A stretch of DNA of 64,000 nucleotides from the NCBI RefSeq assembly GCF_006345805.1, contig NW_021835459.1:1-64000 (forward strand). Reading direction: 5' to 3'. The notes under the pieces were generated by a model. That model was not told the DNA's origin. It made no database searches and saw only the letters and a program-made list of their open reading frames with translations. The position numbers and the translations under genes are program-made. Each line of letters starts with the position of its first letter. Position 1 is the stretch's first letter. Of the stretch, positions 37,546 through 50,914 are shown piece by piece. This stretch comes from Octopus sinensis. Taxonomy: Eukaryota.

Positions 37546-38292
37546 AATTCAGTTCAATAATTGGTCCTGTGATTAAATAATAAATTAGTATTGTGTAAAA
37601 TAACTATCATGTCATTAATGTTATTTTTTTAAGTATCATCTCATGATTTCATAAACAGGATGAAGAATGAAGTTAAACAGCATGAAGAATGAAGTTAATG
37701 ACCCATGATGGATCCTCCATGGGTTTTGATAATGAACATTTAATTGGGATGGGACAATTGGGTGTGACTGTCAGGACGATGGCAATTTAGTAAGACTAAG
37801 ACTGGACATTCAGTCTATTTTGATGACAGTAGTTTGGCAGTGGAGGCAAATATATGCACACACACACATACACACACTCATACATGCACACACGTGCATA
37901 CATGCACGTACACACACATACACACATGTACATGTATGCACAGAAACATTTCATGGTGTAAAATAAGCAAGACATAAATCTTCCCCTTCTTCACTTTGAG
38001 TAGGATCCTTTTAAACACAAGAAACATTCCCAAATAACATCTGGTTCCTAATCCTGATGTATCAGCAATCATCTTTGGAGTAATGAATAATGTCTTGTAG
38101 GTATCTTGTTACATGGTTGCTTCATCTGCTAGCTGCGAGAAATATCCGCTAAATTTCACTAAGATCAACTCCACAGCCTTAGAGAAATGGTTAAGTTACA
38201 TACTATATAATATCACTCTAGATACCTTCCCACCCCACTCAAAAGATAAAACAAATTGGATAGTCATTGGTGGAATGTTTTTGATCATATAT

Positions 38293-38506
38293 GAGGTACG
38301 TCCAAAAAGTACCTGACTATTTTTTCCTGATGTGTACCCTAGGTATACTCTAGGCATAACAGCTGGGAACTAATGTGACCTACTGGCACAAAAGTTTTCA
38401 TGCATGCATAGGCAGGGTGGTGTCATCCCCCACGCAAATGATTTTGCCCACATGGCATTAGTTTTGGTGGAGAAAAATAAAGACAGACACTTTTTGAACA
38501 TACCTC
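38293..38506. mobile_element. Mariner-type MITE
   Basis: TIRs gaggtacgtccaaaaagtacctgac / gacagacactttttgaacatacctc. Confidence 0.7.
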
Positions 38507-38633
38507 TTAGATCTGTTCTATCAGGATTAAACAACTACAACACTATAAAAATGTTGCTATCATTTTTTGAACCTAAAAACTAGCCATTGTTAAGTCCAAT
38601 TCCTAATCCATGCTGTCAGTATTTAATCTATTC

Positions 38634-39238
38634 AGGGCAATGAGCTGGTAGAATCATTAGGATGCCGGGCAAAATGCTTAGTGCATATCACCTCTCCTTA
38701 TGTTTCTGAGTTCAAATTGCACTGAGGTTGACTTTGCCTTTCATCCTTCTAGGGTCGATAAAATAAGTACCAGTTGAATGCTGGGGTTGATATAATAAAG
38801 TCCTATTGTTAATGCCATCTCAACCTACTACACTACTTAGATTTTGGTATACCCCAGTTAACTGATGATCCCTTCACTATAAATTTCTGTCGCATAATAC
38901 ATAATTTGTACCTACATGCCACACACACATGCATATGCAGATGATGTGTTGGAGCAGCTATAGTCTATTGAACTGAATATAGTGAATGTTTTTAATATTT
39001 CATATTATTACTGCTTCGTATAAGGTGTTGAGCCAGTAGAATCAGTAGCACACCAGGCGAAATTCTTATCAGTATTTCATCAGTCACTATGTTCTGAGTT
39101 CAAATTCCACCGAGGCTGACTTTGCCTTTCATCATTTTGGAGTCGATAAATTAAGTACTAGTGAAACACTAGAGTCAAGGTAATTGATTAGTCCCTCTCC
39201 TCCAAATTTCGGATCTTGTGCCTTCAGTAGAAAGGATT
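38634..39238 (+). mobile_element. Two family B SINE copies (38634-38795, 39020-39238)
   Basis: Both contain gagc..gtagaatca.tag...ttctgagttcaaatt..ac.gagg.tgactttgcctttcatc...gtcgataaa.taagtac.ag. Confidence 0.8.
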
Positions 39239-40606
39239 ATTACAGCTTAGCATGTTACCATCTGAGTCACCCTTACAGATCTGATAATAATATCATAATA
39301 AATTGTATTATAATACTAATAATGGTTTCAAAGTTTGACACATGGTCAGTAATTTTTGGGAGTGGGGGCTTGCTGCATTTTAAAATTTATCTTTTACTTG
39401 TTTCAGTCATGCTGGGGCACCACTTTTAAAGGTTTAATTGAACAAATCAACTTCGTATGTATATTTTTAAGCCTTATACTAATTCTATCTGTCTCTTTTG
39501 CTGAAATGTTAAGTTACAAGGATGCAAAGAAGCCAACATCTGTTGTCAAGTGATGGTGGAGGAACAAACATAAAGACAAACACCTACGCACTGATACATA
39601 CATACATACATACATACATACATACATACATACATACATACATACATACATACACACATACATACATACATACATATTATATAGGTAGTTAGGGTGAATC
39701 TCAGCTGTTTCCTCTTGAAGTACATTCCATCATTACAATCAACATGTAGCCATAGTTGCTGCTGTATGTTAATTAAAATACATATTAAAATTGAGAATTA
39801 GAGAAATATTAATTGTAGATTTATTGTATTAAAAAAACAGGAAAGTGGAAATTTTTTGATACTATTTATTACCCCATTACATTTGTTTTATTTGCTAATA
39901 GGAATTACAAAGATTTATTTATTAGATAGATGTGTAAAGAATTTCCTATTAGAAATTCGTCAGGCAGAGGAACATTTTTTTATAATACAAAAATTACATT
40001 TGGATGAAGTGTTTATATTTGTATATTAATCCGGAGCATCACTAGCAGCCCTAGTGAAGAAAAGGGATAAAATATACACATACATGCTCAGGCATACACA
40101 CACATACATGCACATAGATATACTAGTACATATGCCCATATCCACAAGCACACATGCACACACATCCATACATAAAAGCTTACACATCCACAGAAATACA
40201 CACATAAATGCATACATTTATATGCATACATTTATATACATACACATACAGGTCTGGCAATGAAAGGACTTTGACAAACCTTATTGATTGATTGACCAAA
40301 TGATTAACCAAACGTTTGATTAGTTAACTGGTTAAATAGTTAACCAATTCATCATTATTATCATCATCATCATCTTCGTCATCATCATTTAAAGTCTGTT
40401 TTCCATGCAAGCATAGTTTGAACAGTATGACTAGAGCTGGCAAGCTGGAGAGCTGCACCAGGTTTCAGTCTGATTTGGCTTGATTTCTACAGCTGAATGC
40501 CCTTCCTAATGCCAACCACTTTAAAGAGTGTGCTAGATGCTTCTTATGTGGCTCAGCATGGATGCTCTTTACTTTGACAGGCATAGGTGCTTTTAACATG
40601 AACCAA

Positions 40607-41390
40607 TATCATCATCATCATCAACATCGTTTAACATCTGTTTTCCATGCTAGCATGGATTGGATGGTTCGACCAGGTCTGGGAAGCCAGGCTCCAGTCT
40701 GATCTGGCAGTGTTTCTACAGCTGGATGCCCTTCCTAACACCAACCACTCTGTGAGTGTAGTGGGTGCTTTTTACGTGCCACCGACACTGGTGCCAGGGG
40801 AGGCTGGCAACGGCCACGATCGGTTGGTGCTTTTTACATGCCACCTGCATGGCAGCCAGTCAAGGTGGCGCTGGCATTAGCCATGTTCGAATGGTGCTTT
40901 TTACGTGCCACCGGCACAGGTATCCAACTACAATTTCCATTTGATTTTTATTTGATATTGATGTACTTGACTCAATAGGTCTCCTCAAGTACAGCAGCTT
41001 GTCCTACAATCCAAGGTAAGCACAGCAGGCCGTTCTGTGATCCAAGGTACTTAGGATGAGCTGGTGAAGCTGGTGCAGGAAACAGCTATGAACTCACGTT
41101 ATTTGTTGAGTCTTCACAGTCACAGCATATCTCCAGAGATCTTGCTCTTTTGTCATTGCCTCTGTGAGGCCCAACGTTCAAAGGTCATGCTTGACCACCT
41201 CATCCCATGTCTTCCTGAGTCTACCTCTACCCCAGATTCCTTCAACTGTTTGGGAGTGGCACTTCTTCACACATCTCTCCTCATCCATCCATTGTACATG
41301 ACCATACCAGTGCAAACATCTCTCTTGCATGCCACATCCAATGCTTCTTATGTCCAGCATTTTTCTCAGGTAATAAAAATAAAGAAGTGA
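40607..41390 (-). mobile_element. RTE LINE 3' fragment: ORF2 C-terminus plus full 3' UTR (family C)
   Basis: Minus translation MQERCLHWYGHVQWMDEERCVKKCHSQTVEGIWGRGRLRKTWDEVVKHDL (cf. RLRWYGHV.RM...GRGRP.KTW), contiguous with the family C UTR and (GAT)n tail. Confidence 0.9.
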
Positions 41391-42128
41391 AATAGAAGCA
41401 GTGCATGTGTTCATTATTGGCATAATGATCCTCCTGAGTCACAACAGAAATTGCTCATAATGTATCCATCTTTGTACACTGAAATTTGAGGGAGATTTGA
41501 CTGATATTTCAAGCAAGTCGAATGACCATGTAGATTCTACGCTGCATTGGCTCCTCTATAGTAATGTCGAGGAATGAGGGAACTGTTAATCCTTCATGGC
41601 ACCCCAACCAACACTTACTACCACCACCATCGCTGCTGCCGCCGCTACCACCGCCACCACCACCACCACCACTACCACTACCACCACTAACAACAACAAC
41701 CAAATAACTATAGTGTTCCTAATACTTATAGTGTAATATGGAAAAGTAAAATACCTATATTAATACTAATCCTACATATAACGTTAACAGCTGGACCATA
41801 ATTAATAAAAGAGAAAGAAATAAAAAAACAAAACAAAACAAAACAAAAGAGCTAACCCTTGCTTCTACACATTGAAAACCCCTAGAGTAATCTGAAATGA
41901 ACAACAAACTTGAACAAGGATGATGATAAAAGAAACCACTACTGTACACATATGTATGAGCACATGCACATACGTATGAATCACAATGGAAACATTAAGT
42001 AGATTAGAAGAAAAAGATTAGTTTTAATGAAATCCTCAGAAAGAAATGAAGAAAGAAAATAAGAAAGATTATACAAAAGTATCAGATACAAAAGAGGATC
42101 AAGGGAATAATATATATAATATATATAT

Positions 42129-42159
<31 letters not shown>

Positions 42160-42160
42160 T

Positions 42161-42219
<59 letters not shown>

Positions 42220-42275
42220 ATATATATATATACATACATACATACATACATGCATGCATACATACATATATATAT

Positions 42276-42324
<49 letters not shown>

Positions 42325-42364
42325 TATATATAGATGTGTGTGTGTGTGTCTGTATGTGTGTGTA

Positions 42365-42396
<32 letters not shown>

Positions 42397-42397
42397 T

Positions 42398-42625
42398 TCT
42401 TTTATTCTTTTACTTGTTTTAGTCATTTGACTGCAGCCATGCTGGCGCACTGCCTTGAAGAATCTTAGTCAAACAAATCAATCCCAGGACTACTTTTTTG
42501 AAGTCTAGTACTTGTTCTGTCGGTTCTCTTTTGCTGAACTGCTACGTTACAGGGATGTAAACACACCAACACCAATTGTCAAGCAGCAATGGGGGTACAA
42601 ACAGAGACACAAAGACATACACACA
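42398..42625 (-). mobile_element. SINE family A 3' half (the 5' half resumes at ~42905-43045)
   Basis: ttttacttgttttagtcatttgactgcagccatgctgg...gtaaacacaccaacacc..ttgtcaagc. Confidence 0.8.
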
Positions 42626-42792
42626 TAAATATATACATATAGGAGTAGATAGAAAGCTGGCGACTGATGAAGGGTCGTTTGTTTGTTTTTACTTGTCCTG
42701 TTTTGCATTTTTATCTCTTGTCGTTTGAATATTTAACTAATTCGTTTACGTATTTCATGTTTGCACAGTTGGTGATGTCCTCTACCCATATA

Positions 42793-42839
<47 letters not shown>

Positions 42840-43929
42840 TATTATTATTTAATTGAACACCATGCATCCATTTCCATGTAAGTTTATATATATATATGTA
42901 TATAGGACAAGCTTATTTCAGTTTCCATCTACCAAATCCACTCAAGACTTTGGTCAGCCCAAGGCTATAGCAGAAGACACTTACCCAAGGTACCATGCAG
43001 TAGTACTGAACCCAAAACCAACCATATGGTTGGGAAGCAAGTTTCTTATATGTGTGTGTGTGTGTACTTTTTTTTCTTGCACCCCAGGTCTCATAAAACC
43101 AATTAGTCTCCATGACATATAAGTGACTAAAATCATAACATTCTCCCTCAACAAGATGCTGGCCTGCTGCAGGGTTGAAGGTCAGCATTTTTTGAGTTGG
43201 ATGGAATAATTCAAATACTTACTCCATCCAAAAGGATGACAGGCAAAAACTGACATTGGTAGAATTTGAACTCAGAATGTAAAGAGCTGGAAGAAATGCT
43301 GCTAAGCATTTTGATTGATGCACTAATGTGCTTGTATTACTAAAAATTTTGGATCTGGAATTAAGTAGTGTCAAGGAATTGTTGGACCTAAAAAGACTGT
43401 GAGATCTTCCAGCTATGCATAACTTGCATCAAGAATCCACCACACAACTTGATTCTAGACCTGAAGTTTTTAACAAATGCAAGCACACAAATAAATTTCT
43501 TCTGTTCAAATGGAGAACACCACTCTCTCCAGATTCAGTAACTAACTCACAGACTTTGGCCGCCTTCCTGTTATATTATTTTAGACCAGCTAGGTTAATT
43601 ATGATTTCTATTGAGAAAAAGGACAAAGAACTTGTTTTTTTTTAACTTTTCTTTTCTTTATTTCTCATTCTACTATTTGCATCAACCTTCTTCACATTTT
43701 TTTCTTCTCATTTTTTTATCATGTTTCTCGTAGATCAGCATCCTGGTTTTTAAATATATTTAACAATATGCAGTGAGCTTGGAGCTAATACATAGCATGT
43801 TATATAAATCTGTCAATTTATTGTACCTCTAAAGTATGAAACTATTAACAGCTCTTTTGTAAATTGTGTATATTAAATGGTATTTATCTCTCACTAGATG
43901 AAATACTTTTTTTACTGATCCTGCCATGA

Positions 43930-44123
43930 TAGATCGTTAGCCACTACAGACATTTTTTCCTCTCCTTTTTTTACTCTCCTTGTTTTTTCTGTGTCCCTTT
44001 CTGTATAAGAGCATAGGCTCGAAATGTAAAAGACTTTTTCTATTCCTGAGCGTTATACTAATACATCTGTTTGTTTTGTACACCACCTGTCTTCGTCTTT
44101 TGTTTTTTTTCGTAAAATCTCCC
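43930..44123 (+). mobile_element. Short non-coding PLE-type element with variant hammerhead-like motif (43997-44032)
   Basis: cttt-CTGTATA-a-GAGC atag GCTC-GAAA-tg-TA-aaag. Close paralog at 48960-49121, and it ends at (TA)n. Confidence 0.6.
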
Positions 44124-44142
44124 TATATATACATATATTTAT

Positions 44143-44173
<31 letters not shown>

Positions 44174-45083
44174 TATATATGGCGGTGCCCCAATGGCAGT
44201 GCCCCAGCATGGCCACAGCTCATGAGCTGAAACTAGAATCAATCAATCATATATGAGACAACCTTGCTAGTGTTATTTGCATGTAAAAAAAAAGCACCTA
44301 GTTCCCTCTGTTAAGTGGTTGACATTAAGGATGGCATCCAGCTGTAGAAGCTATGCCAAGCAAACACTTAAGCATGATACAGTCCTTGAAGTCATAGGAT
44401 CCTGTCAAACCATCAGCCCTTGGCAATATGGAACACAGATGTTAAATGATGATGGTGACAATGATGATGAGGGGAGGGCTTGTTGGGTATATGTGTGTCT
44501 GTGTGTTCATTTATATTTGCACTCCTCTGAGAATATAGAGCAATAAGTGAATTAAGAGGGTAGTTAGAGAAGAGAGTGGAATGCTGGATAGAAAAGGAGC
44601 ATTTCTTAAAGAGGGATATAAAAATAAATGATAAAACAGGATGTGTAACTAGTGAAAAGTTGTTTGCTTTTGGTCTTTATTCTTGTCACTCACCGATTAT
44701 CTTACCACTTGCCCAATACATATCCTGGTACAATTATTTGTAGGATGTGGAGTACTACTTCAAAACAATGACTGCATTGTTTCATAACAAGGATAGAAAA
44801 TGATGTTAACTTACTGTTACAATTATTGAATGGGCTTAGTATTTGTGACGAAACTACTATCTTTGATGGGCATGCAGTACTAACCCAGCACATCTAAAAT
44901 ATATACATATACCCTACAACACTGATACTCAAGTTTGGCAGGGGAAATCAACACTAAGAGGCATTCCCTTAACTCTGCCAACACTGTTCTTTTTTTGGTT
45001 TATCTAATATCCAACTTGAAGGGATTATACACAGCTTAATGAGAAATTTACTGTAGTGTATTTATATATATATATATATATAT

Positions 45084-45490
45084 ATCATCATCATCATCAT
45101 CATCATCATCATTTCACGTCCGCTTTCCATGCTAGCATGGGTTGGACGGTTCAACTGGGGTCTGGGGAGCCCGAAAGCTGCACCAGTCCAGTCAGATCTG
45201 GCAGTGTTTCTACAGCTGGATGCCCTTCCTAACGCCAACCACTCCGAGAGTGTAGTGGGTGATTTTATGTGCCACCGACACAGGTGCCAGACGAGGCTGG
45301 CAGACGGCCACGCTCGGATGGTGTTTTTATGTGCCACCGACACAGGTGCCAGATGAGGCTGGCAAATGGCCACGATCGGATGGTGTTTGTTACGTGCCCA
45401 CAGCACGGAGGCCAGTCGATGCGGTACTGGCTACGGCCACGTTCGGATGGTTTTCTTGTGTGCCACATGCCACCGGCACTGGTACCACAA
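45084..45490 (-). mobile_element. RTE LINE 3' UTR (family C) with four internal subrepeats
   Basis: (cat)n...acgtccgctttccatgctagcatgggttgg. Repeated tatgtgccaccgacacaggtgccaga.gaggctggca. Confidence 0.85.
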
Positions 45491-45504
45491 AGATATATAT
45501 ATAT

Positions 45505-45921
45505 ACTCTTTTACTCTTTTACTTGCTTCAGTCATTTGATTGTGGCCATGCTGGAGCACCGCCTTTAGTCGAGCAAATTGACCTCAGGACTTATTCTTTG
45601 TAAGCCTAGTACTTATTCTACCAGTATCTTTTGCCGAACTGCTATGTTACTGGGACATAAACACACCAGCATCGGTTGTCAAGCAATGTCGCGGGGGGTG
45701 GGGACAAACACAGAGACACAAACACACACACATGTATATATATACATACACATACATACAACGGGCTTCTTTCAGTTTCCATCTACCAAATCCACTCACA
45801 AGGCTTTGGTTGGCCTGAGGCTATAGTAGAAGACACTTGCCCAAAGTGCCATGCAATTTGAACTGAACCAGAACCATGTGGTTGGTAAGCAAGCTACTTA
45901 CCACAAAGCCACTCCTGTGCC
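45505..45921 (-). mobile_element. SINE family A, full length
   Basis: Reverse complement of 58160-58552. Confidence 0.9.
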
Positions 45922-45947
45922 TATATATATATTTTATGTTTATAGAC

Positions 45948-45993
<46 letters not shown>

Positions 45994-46610
45994 GGAGATA
46001 AATAAAAATATATGCATACATACAAACATATATGTACGTACCTACATCTACATGTATATATACATGCATATATAAATAATTATACGGAAGTACAGGACAT
46101 CACAATAAGACGTAGAAACAGAAAAAGCCAAAAAACAAAAAACAAGAAAACGGAAAACGAAAACCAAATACAGGACAGGTTACACAAGGACAAAACCCCC
46201 GTCATCAGCTGTCGCTAGAGGAGTCAGGCATGTTTCGAAGGCATAACAGAACACTAATCCAATAGGCTTCCTGCGAGAGAATTAAAATAAAATTTCAAGC
46301 AGCGGGGCACAATGAGTACAACACAAACAAGACGTAACAATAAGACTGCAAAATTAAAATACATGTACAAAAACAAACACAAGAGGACGAACGAAAAAGC
46401 CTTTTTTCTGGCATAGACAAACAATAAAACTGCAAAAATAAAAATACATGTACAAAAAGTACAATTAGTTACAAAACGAGAAAATAACAAGAATACTATA
46501 CAGGAAATTAACCACACAAGGGGACGAACGAAGAAGCCTTTTTGCTGGCAAGGACGAAAGTGTAGTAGCAGCGCGTGGAGGCAGTCTTTTCAATATATAT
46601 ATATATACAC

Positions 46611-46662
<52 letters not shown>

Positions 46663-46866
46663 TGGGTACAGAGAGAGAGATATGTATATATATATAAATA
46701 TATGGATATGTAAATATATATGTGTATACACACACACACACACACACACACTCACATGCACAAACACATACACATACACATATATGTATAAAAGGTGGAG
46801 GTGGAAATAGCACAGAAGTGAATCTAAGATATTTCAGTTTATTCAATTTCAATACATACTATATGT

Positions 46867-47250
46867 AAGGCGGCGAGCTGGCAGAAACAGCACGTTGGGT
46901 GAAATGCTTAGAAGTATTTCGTCTGTCTTTACGTTCTGAGTTCAAATTCCACTGAGGCCGACTCTGCCTTTCATCTTTTCGAGGTTGACAAATTAAGTAC
47001 CAGTTACGCACTGGAGTCGATGTAATCGACTTAATCCCTTTGTCTGTCCTTGTTTGTCCTCTCTGTGTTTAGCCCATTGTGGGTAGTAAAGAAATAGGTA
47101 TTTCATCTGTCTTTATGTTCTGAGTTCAAACTCCGCCGAGGCTGACTCTGCCTTTCATCTTTTTTGGGTTGATAAATTAAGCACCAGTTGTGTACTGGAA
47201 CCAATCTAATCGACTTTCGCCCTTCTCCAAAATTTTGGCCCTTGTGCCTA
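46867..47250 (+). mobile_element. SINE family B long form followed by a headless second B body
   Basis: aaggcggcgagctggcagaaac...gtaaagaaata|ggtatttcatctgtctttatgttctgagttcaaa... Confidence 0.85.
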
Positions 47251-47328
47251 GAGAAGAAAAGAATACATACTGTATGTATGTATGCATGCATGCATGCATG
47301 TATGTATGTATGTATGTATGTATGTATG

Positions 47329-47369
<41 letters not shown>

Positions 47370-48279
47370 CGTGTGTATGTAAAATGGAGGATTAGGCAAA
47401 TGTCATCTTATGTATAAATGGTTCTTGCATATGTTGTATTTGTATGCCATACTTATCCATACAATGGAGTTTGTGTCCATGTGAGAACATTTTTCATTTT
47501 CCAACTGTGTTCAATAAATTCCCCACCACCACCACCACCACCACCACCACCACTACTGCCAATACCAACTTCTTTCTTCATTTCAGATAACTTGTCTCAG
47601 TAATACTGCCTTTGATGGCATAAAAGTGATACTTTTCCTCTTTATTTATTTATCATTATTATTATTATTATTATTATTTTTTTTTTTTGTATATTCCCTC
47701 CTTCTCCACTCACAAAGTAGTCCACAAACATAGCCTTGCCATCTTACATGTAAACCTGAAACTCTCTCCTATAGGTTTAAATGATAATCTTGATATACTC
47801 GCTTCTGATGTCTACCACTTATTCTACCTTACCCACCCCAATAATATTATTTACTCAAACATCATCATCATTATTACTGCTGATATTCTAATTTAAGAAG
47901 GAACAACTAAGCTGCTTTTGTTTTTACAATTAAATTACAGAAATATCATTAAAAGGCTTTATTTATTCATTGTTATTATTATTATTATTACTATTTATGT
48001 TGTTGTTTCTTTTTTTCTCTTTCTTGGCCTGGTATGTTAGTTGATATTATCTGCTATACTGCAGCTTCACATTTCAATAAAATAATTTGATTCTTGAATA
48101 TATATTTATAAAACTTATGTATGGAATATTCCCTGATGAAATGAGGTACAGAGTCTTATATGTAACCAAATATCCTGCTTATGTTGTTAATCTAGAAATA
48201 ATGGAGGAAGCAGAGGAGAAAGAGAAATAAGAAGTGGGTGGCAGAGAGAAAGAGAGTGAGGGAGATAGAGAGGGAGATG

Positions 48280-48339
<60 letters not shown>

Positions 48340-48643
48340 CAAGTTAAATTAATGTGTGTTGTGTTGCTAGAGAAATATATCAAACGCAATCAATTATTCA
48401 TCAATGAGCCCTTACATTGGAATGAAATCAATGGTCGAGGTCAAACAAAGGTGATTTGAATGGCAGCACCATGAAACACTTGTCCTGCATGGATTGATTA
48501 ACTTTGATATAGCTGAAGGAATGAAATAGAGGCCAGAGGGCTAATGGAATTCTCGGATGGATGTGAATGGATTCCCACCTGCAGAACAATTCCTATATGT
48601 ATGTGTGTGTGTGTGCATTTGTATATATGTATAATTGTATATG

Positions 48644-48674
<31 letters not shown>

Positions 48675-48684
48675 GTATATATAT

Positions 48685-48928
48685 GGTGGGGGGCGTGGCT
48701 TAGTGGTTAGGGTGTCAGCATCATGATTGTAAGATTGTGGTTTCGATTCCTGGACGCCTTGTGTTTTTGAGCAAAAAACTTCATTTCCCGTTGCTCCAGT
48801 CCACTCAGCTGGCAAAAATGAGTAACACTGCGATGGACTGGCGTCCTGTCCAGCTGGGAAACACATACACCATTGAAACCGGAAAATTGGGCCCATGAGC
48901 CTGGCTAGGCTTTAAAAGGGCGCATTTA
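48685..48928 (+). mobile_element. tRNA-derived SINE family D
   Basis: ggcgtggcttagtggttagg...gtttcgattcc...ttgagcaaaa...gctccagtccactcagctggcaaaaatgagt. Confidence 0.85.
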
Positions 48929-48959
48929 TTATATTATTTTTAGATATATATATATATAC

Positions 48960-49120
48960 ACGCACTTTTTTCTCTCCTTGTTTTTTTCTGTGTATCTTTC
49001 TGTCGAAGAGCGTAGGCTTGAAACGTAAAAGACTTTTTCTATTCCTGAGCACTATACTAATACATTTGTTTGTTTGTACTCCACCTGCCTTCGTCTTTTG
49101 TTTATTTTCGTAAACTTTCC

Positions 49121-49121
<1 letters not shown>
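48960..49121 (+). mobile_element. Short non-coding PLE-type element with variant hammerhead-like motif (48995-49032)
   Basis: tcttt-CTGTCGA-a-GAGC gtag GCTT-GAAA-cg-TA-aaaga. Perfect 5-bp stem I and palindromic CG stem III, with (TA)n on both sides. Confidence 0.65.
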
Positions 49122-49161
<40 letters not shown>

Positions 49162-50396
49162 GAGAATGGAGCAGATAAAATCCAGGCTATATATGTTTCA
49201 TAGCCATCAGAACCTCAGAAGTAGTAATTATCCAAACAAAGAGTAATCTGAAGCTACTCGTCAGGCCAGAGATACCATAATCAAAAGAAGTTTACATTGT
49301 TGTCAAAGGATGCCCGTTAATTTGCAGGAGATTCGATTGGCTCCTTTTTCATCTTATCAAATTTTGTTATGGGAAAAATTTACAACCTTCTATGTCAATA
49401 AATGGCTATTGTTCCTGAAAGTTGTTTTTTATATCTTCTGTGGACTGCTTGAAGCTGACTATCTTCCTATACCTCGATCCTTCGATCTTACCTTTACAGA
49501 TTTTATATATATATATATATATATAATATATATGTGTGTAAAATATACACACACACACATACACAGGCACACACAGAGGCACACATGCACACACAGAGGC
49601 ACACATGCACACACACAGACACACAGTTTTGATTTCCCAAATCTACTCACAAAAGTGGTTCACCCAAGACTATAATAACAGATTGTTATTCAAGTTTCTC
49701 AGTCATGGTCATATGCCTGTCTGCATGCACTTGCAGTGTGTGCATGTTTTCATGCACATCAAAATGAATTTTCATAACAACAACGGGGGGGGGGACACAC
49801 AAAAAAACAAACAAAAATTCCAACAACAATAACAAAAACCAAACTAATATGATTTAAGTAAAAAATGGTTTATCATTAAAATATCTTATGCAAAACCAAC
49901 AGGTGTTGTTGAAGAAAGATTTTTATCACCTGCTGTGTTTTGTTGGCCTGATTTTTTTCACTATTAAACCAAAGGTCAATCTGATTTCTCACTTTTAATA
50001 TCCTCTTCGCAAATACTTCACCCTTCCTGGCCTAGTTCTTCTTAACTGGTTCTTGCTGCTTATAACTGCTTCTGCTGTTTGTTCTGGCTCTCCAGGCCTA
50101 TAAAAAGATAGTAAATTAAAATAACATCTGCAACAATAATGCAGCAAAAGAAAAAATAAATAAACAAAATAAAATAAAGAGAGAAGGTCAGTGTTGAAGT
50201 GTTGACAGTTATTAAAACAAATTATGATATTCTTCAACTTCGACCCTCCCTTGCTTTCTTTCCTTCTCACTCTCTCATACTCTCTTTCAAAATATGCATC
50301 TATGTACTCAGTCATACACATATGCATGCATGCATTGAATGTTTGCAAGCATACATATGTGCACAAACACGCATTGGCACATAGATTCATATGTGT

Positions 50397-50466
50397 ATCA
50401 TCATCATCATCATCATCATCATCATCGTCATCATCGTCATCGTCATCGTCATCATTGTCATCGTTG

Positions 50467-50505
<39 letters not shown>

Positions 50506-50561
50506 CCATCATCACCATCATCATCATCATCATCATCACCATCATCACCATCATCATCACC

Positions 50562-50607
<46 letters not shown>

Positions 50608-50611
50608 CCAT

Positions 50612-50643
<32 letters not shown>

Positions 50644-50772
50644 CCACCACCACCACCACCACCACCACCACCACCACCACCACCACCACCACCACCACCA
50701 CCACCACCACCACCACCACACCACCACCATCATCACCACCACCACCACCACCACCACCATCATCATCATCAT
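50397..50772. repeat. ~375-bp compound (CAT)n/(CAC)n microsatellite at the tail of a family C copy
   Basis: Directly visible. Abuts ttaacatccattttccatgctgg (family C 3' end on the minus strand). Confidence 0.95.
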
Positions 50773-50914
50773 TTAACATCCATTTTCCATGCTGGCTTAA
50801 TTTGGGTGGTTTAAAAGAAGCTGGCCAGCTGAAGAGTTACCTAGACTCCACAGCTGGATGCTCTTCCTTATGCCACCCACTATACAGAGCGTACTGGATG
50901 CTTTCACGCAGGAA

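Noticed and set aside
45255-45490. Repeat-spacer-like pattern in family C
   Set aside because: The intervening segments are homologous to each other and belong to a LINE 3' UTR.
48685-48760. tRNA gene-like sequence with A and B boxes (also 4460-4532 and 18580-18652)
   Set aside because: No clean cloverleaf, and it continues into a SINE body, so these are SINE heads.
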